Source: a virus. Taken from it: a stretch of 42,401 nt of DNA. The stretch lies in IMG/VR virus record IMGVR_UViG_3300004155_000002; one strand, written 5' to 3'. Shown here in pieces: positions 39,742 through 42,401 of the stretch. The translations under genes and the position numbers were made by a program. The notes under the pieces were generated by a model. The model saw nothing but the letters and a program-made list of their open reading frames with translations, ran no database searches and was not told where the DNA came from. Position 1 is the stretch's first letter; each line of letters begins with the position of its first letter.

Positions 39742-40629
39742 TTAAAATCCCTTTCGTGGGTTGGTGAGCGGAAGCAATTCGGTCGGGTATCCGGGCCATT
39801 CCCCGGACAGTGTACACTCGGCATAAGTTTGCACGTTTTTAAGGTAGTGAGCACGGCCTACGTTCAGAAACTCGGGATCGGCAACGTATGCCGCCACGAG
39901 GTAGGGCGGCTCTTTCTCAACCGCGATGAATATGAATGCATCGGTTTTCTCCGCGCTGGCATCGGCGAGGCCATCGGAATAGCTCGCGGCCTGCACATGG
40001 TAGCGGTATTGATAGTAGCTCTTTTTCGGAAAATCTAACGGGTCGGCCGAAAGCGCGGTTTTCAGATCGACTATGATCCGCCCCCCATTGGGAGGGAAAA
40101 CGAGGCGATCCATGCGCCCTTTACAAAGCACGGGCGGGGTTTTGGGATCGATCTGGCTTGTCCACAGGGCGGTCAATTCCGCGTGCCCCGGCCATTCCCA
40201 AAACAACTGCCGGGCAAGCGGGTGTCTCCAAAGGGCCTCCCGCATGCGCTCAATTTGCTCATAGTCCTCACGGTTCAATGGCGTTGCGTTTCCTTTATTT
40301 TCCTCCCATTCTTTTTTCTTGGCCTTGCTCCCCTTGCCTTCGAACGTGGGGGCCACGCAAAAATCAACCTTGAATTCCTCGGGCGTGAGAATCGCGGAAT
40401 GGATTGCCCGGCCGAAGGTGAGGGCGCTTGTTTCCTCCCGATCCTCGGGGTGATCTTTCAGCCAGCGATATTTGGCCGGGGCCTCGTTTATTTTGTCGCA
40501 GTCGGACTTTGAAAGCCGACGCAAGGCGCGGTAGTCTGGATCGGGTAGATCTTCGACCACGCCAAAGAGCAAGCGGTCAAGCGGGTTGGGTGGGTGATAA
40601 TCCGGGATCACTAACATATGATCCTCCAT
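39742..40629 (-). CDS. PD-(D/E)xK exonuclease (RecE/Cas4-like fold), partner of RecT
   Basis: FGRAIHSAIL ... GRMDRLVF...IIVDLKT ... YRYHVQAASY gives a D..(D)LK + QxxxY arrangement. GGAGGA RBS. Confidence 0.75.
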   Translation of the reverse strand: MEDHMLVIPDYHPPNPLDRLLFGVVEDLPDPDYRALRRLSKSDCDKINEAPAKYRWLKDHPEDREETSALTFGRAIHSAILTPEEFKVDFCVAPTFEGKGSKAKKKEWEENKGNATPLNREDYEQIERMREALWRHPLARQLFWEWPGHAELTALWTSQIDPKTPPVLCKGRMDRLVFPPNGGRIIVDLKTALSADPLDFPKKSYYQYRYHVQAASYSDGLADASAEKTDAFIFIAVEKEPPYLVAAYVADPEFLNVGRAHYLKNVQTYAECTLSGEWPGYPTELLPLTNPRKGF

Positions 40630-40660
40630 TCAAGGGTTGTTGGGACGCACTTCCAGGGTC

Positions 40661-40690
40661 ACGGTAGCGGTGTCAAAGCCCGGTGTCAAA
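40661..40690 (-). promoter_or_regulatory. Candidate leftward early promoter; duplicated GGTGTCAAA boxes (each carries TTGACA on the minus strand)
   Basis: GGTGTCAAA occurs at 40669-40677 and 40682-40690. On the minus strand, TTGACA (40689-40684)-N17-TACCGT (40666-40661) lies upstream of the exonuclease ATG 40629. Confidence 0.3.
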
Positions 40691-40745
40691 CGGGGCGGGC
40701 GGAAAGATCGAACGTGGGCGGGTTGTGCATATTCGGCGCGGCCGC

Positions 40746-40775
40746 TTGACAATGACCGCTTGGTCAAGGAATGAT
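40746..40775 (+). promoter_or_regulatory. Candidate rightward promoter with a palindromic operator-like site
   Basis: Perfect TTGACA (40746-40751)-N18-AATGAT (40770-40775). The palindrome TGACCgcttGGTCA (40753-40766) sits in the spacer. Confidence 0.3.
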
Positions 40776-40799
40776 CAACAAAACCGAGGAATGACACCG

Positions 40800-41174
40800 A
40801 TGCAAAGCCACATCATAAAGATCGACGGCAACCCCGACGCGGGGGATCTTCGCACCGCCCTATCATCGCAAGCGCCCACGCCTCCATGCTCGGGGCCGAT
40901 CTCGTGTGCAATTCGGATCGGTATTTCCCGCGCACAAGCGGCCGCGTACCACGACCGCCGCTTCCCGGTCGGACAACCCGACGCGCTTGCTCTCGTGACT
41001 CGCGCCCTCGATGCCGCCACGGGCATCCTGTGGCGCTCACGGGCTCAGGTTGTGTCGTGCGATTTTGCGCGACACTATACCGCGTGCCCGTACATCGAAT
41101 TCGATTTTTATGAAATATGCACGCCCGAGGAAAATCACCACGCGCCCACCACAATTGCCAGGGGGCGAACGTGA
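40800..41174 (+). CDS. Hypothetical protein; distant RusA-like layout lacking the catalytic acidic residues
   Basis: ATG 40800 has GAGGA 9 nt upstream. QPDALALVTRALDAATGILWRSRAQVV aligns by eye to RusA [26 protein letters not shown], but DxDN and DD are not conserved. Confidence 0.45.
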   Translation: MQSHIIKIDGNPDAGDLRTALSSQAPTPPCSGPISCAIRIGISRAQAAAYHDRRFPVGQPDALALVTRALDAATGILWRSRAQVVSCDFARHYTACPYIEFDFYEICTPEENHHAPTTIARGRT

Positions 41175-41482
41175 GCGAAGCGGCCCCGGAAAACATCGGT
41201 CCGTGTTGTTGCGGTGCGAACGTCGAACCCGTTGGGGCAAAACACTGGTGGGCGCTCAAATGCCCCGCGTGCGGCTATTCCACGCCCCGGTTTTTCACGA
41301 GGGGGCAGGCGGTCAAGGCGCATGGGGAGCACATCGCACACACGGCCGCGCTACGGGCGGAAATCGCCCGACTGCAGGCATGGCTTGATTTGGGAAGCAC
41401 TAGGGCCGAAACCCTGTTCGGGCGAGGCCTGGAAGCGGCGGAATGTGCCAAAGCGCGAGCGGGCGGGAGGATAGGGAAATGA
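41171..41482 (+). CDS. Zinc-ribbon protein (103 aa), weakly Lar-like
   Basis: GTG 41171 overlaps the upstream stop (GTGA), with GGGGG upstream. CCCG...WWALKCPACGYSTPRFFTRGQAVKAH. The track offers ATG 41117 instead. Confidence 0.45.
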   Translation: MSEAAPENIGPCCCGANVEPVGAKHWWALKCPACGYSTPRFFTRGQAVKAHGEHIAHTAALRAEIARLQAWLDLGSTRAETLFGRGLEAAECAKARAGGRIGK

Positions 41483-42009
41483 AATTTTCAGCCGAGGGAT
41501 TGCGAGCTATAGCAGAATTTTGCCTCTGGTTAGCAGACCGAGAGGACACACCCTCTCAGGAATGCGAGCCCGAGGCAGAAACCGAAGCCGAGGGGGAAGC
41601 CGTGGAACCGCCGCCCCCCGAGGCCGAGGAATATAAGCCCGAGGAACCCGAGGAAATCCCCCCGCCCCGCGTTTGGCGCGCCCCCGACCTTCCGCCCGAG
41701 CCCGAGGAAATCCCCGCGCCAGGAAACCCCGGCGTGCCGGAATTTCGCCCGGAGATCGTCAACCGGAAACGCAAGATCCGGGCCGATGAGCGGCGGGATC
41801 TGCCGGAAATATTCGCCACACTCCCGCCAGGTCGGCTCATGACCGCCCGCGAAATGACAAAAAAACTCGGGTTAGACGGGCAAGCCGTGTGGGCATATAT
41901 CGCACGAATGCGAATAAGAGCGGCACAAAAGGACGCGCTTGGCACTAACCAATACTCAACCGACGCCATCCTTTCCCTCACGCAACAAAAACTTGCGAGG
42001 GCAAAATGA
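41479..42009 (+). CDS. Hypothetical acidic, Pro/Glu-rich protein with an HTH-like C-terminus
   Basis: ATG 41479 overlaps the upstream stop (ATGA). EPEAETEAEGEAVEPPPPEAEEYKPEEPEEIPPP, then LMTAREMTKKLGLDGQAVWAYIARM. Confidence 0.5.
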   Translation: MKFSAEGLRAIAEFCLWLADREDTPSQECEPEAETEAEGEAVEPPPPEAEEYKPEEPEEIPPPRVWRAPDLPPEPEEIPAPGNPGVPEFRPEIVNRKRKIRADERRDLPEIFATLPPGRLMTAREMTKKLGLDGQAVWAYIARMRIRAAQKDALGTNQYSTDAILSLTQQKLARAK

Positions 42010-42239
42010 AGCCGAAAGACCGCACGGGCAAGCGGTATGGCCGACTAGTTGCCGTCGAATATCGCGGATCAGTTTTGGTGGGAGTTTGCAAGTCGGCCGC
42101 GTGGTTTTGCGAATGTGATTGCGGAGGTAGCGGTGTATTTTCCGCGTATATGCTGCAAAAGGGCCATCGGAAATCCTGCGGATGCATCCGATTTACTGGC
42201 GCAAAAGGGGGCAATGATGGCACTCGTGATCACTCGTAA
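42006..42239 (+). CDS. Small zinc-binding phage protein (GKRYGRLVAV...WFCECDCGG...SCGC motif)
   Basis: ATGA overlap. The G.R.GRL.v...W.C.CDCG...SCGC pattern recurs in many phage/plasmid small proteins, from memory. Confidence 0.55.
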   Translation: MKPKDRTGKRYGRLVAVEYRGSVLVGVCKSAAWFCECDCGGSGVFSAYMLQKGHRKSCGCIRFTGAKGGNDGTRDHS

Positions 42240-42401
42240 AGAGGGGCAGGCTTTCGAGATCTATATTGGCGATCAGAAGATCAATATCAAAATATCCAAA
42301 ATCGAAAGCGGACGGCAAGCCCGCCTCGCCATCGAAGCCCCGAAGGAAATGCGAATCATACGGATCGATGAGGTGCCGAATGGCCACGCGAAACAAAACC
42401 C
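42214..42401 (+). CDS. csrA: CsrA-like RNA-binding translational regulator (63 aa); the ORF crosses the contig junction and stops at TGA 62-64
   Basis: My own translation: MMALVITRKEGQAFEIYIGDQKINIKISKIESGRQARLAIEAPKEMRIIRIDEVPNGHAKQNP. AAAGGGGG RBS. Follows the CsrA pattern L.LTR+.GE...IGD...v.v..i.G.qvRlgI.APKEv.i.R.E. Not in the ORF track because no stop occurs before the window end. Confidence 0.8.
   Translation, partial: MMALVITRKEGQAFEIYIGDQKINIKISKIESGRQARLAIEAPKEMRIIRIDEVPNGHAKQN
42342..42401. repeat. Right copy of the 60-bp terminal direct repeat
   Basis: Identical to bases 1-60. Confidence 0.95.

Noticed and set aside
1-42401. Integrase, excisionase, CI-type repressor, att site, tRNA or tmRNA
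   Set aside because: No ORF shows tyrosine- or serine-recombinase motifs, and no cloverleaf-like segment was noticed. Absence cannot be proven without tRNAscan or HMM searches.

Overview
The window is a complete, circularly closed tailed dsDNA phage genome. Bases 1-60 repeat exactly at 42342-42401, leaving about 42,341 unique bp. Layout, mostly on the + strand: a CsrA-like gene spanning the junction, then two DNA methyltransferases (N6-adenine and cytosine-5). These are followed by small early ORFs, terS/terL, portal, a MuF-type head morphogenesis gene, scaffold/protease-like, decoration-like and major capsid genes, and neck genes. Next comes a contractile-tail module (sheath, tube, frameshifted chaperone, tape measure, baseplate, tail fibre with an S74-type chaperone domain), then a holin candidate and a three-domain endolysin. 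After lysis comes a block of seven + strand genes of unknown function (29.9-33.2 kb), preceded by a divergent 64-aa gene. A minus-strand early operon (40.6 -> 34.6 kb) carries a PD-(D/E)xK exonuclease, RecT, Lar-like zinc-ribbon proteins, HTH regulators and a replisome-organiser-like gene. That last gene contains a 12-bp x 12.6 tandem array flanked by AT-rich DNA, a candidate origin. I saw no integrase, tRNA, CRISPR array or reverse transcriptase. The most unusual locus is 7880-8836. A Hint-type intein interrupts the MuF gene exactly at its conserved HP..CRC motif. A homing-endonuclease-like gene (HTH + NUMOD3-like + DUF559/Vsr-like nuclease motifs) is encoded entirely inside the intein on the opposite strand, codon-aligned with an intein frame that stays open. 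All family assignments come from motif recognition by eye; no database search was possible.
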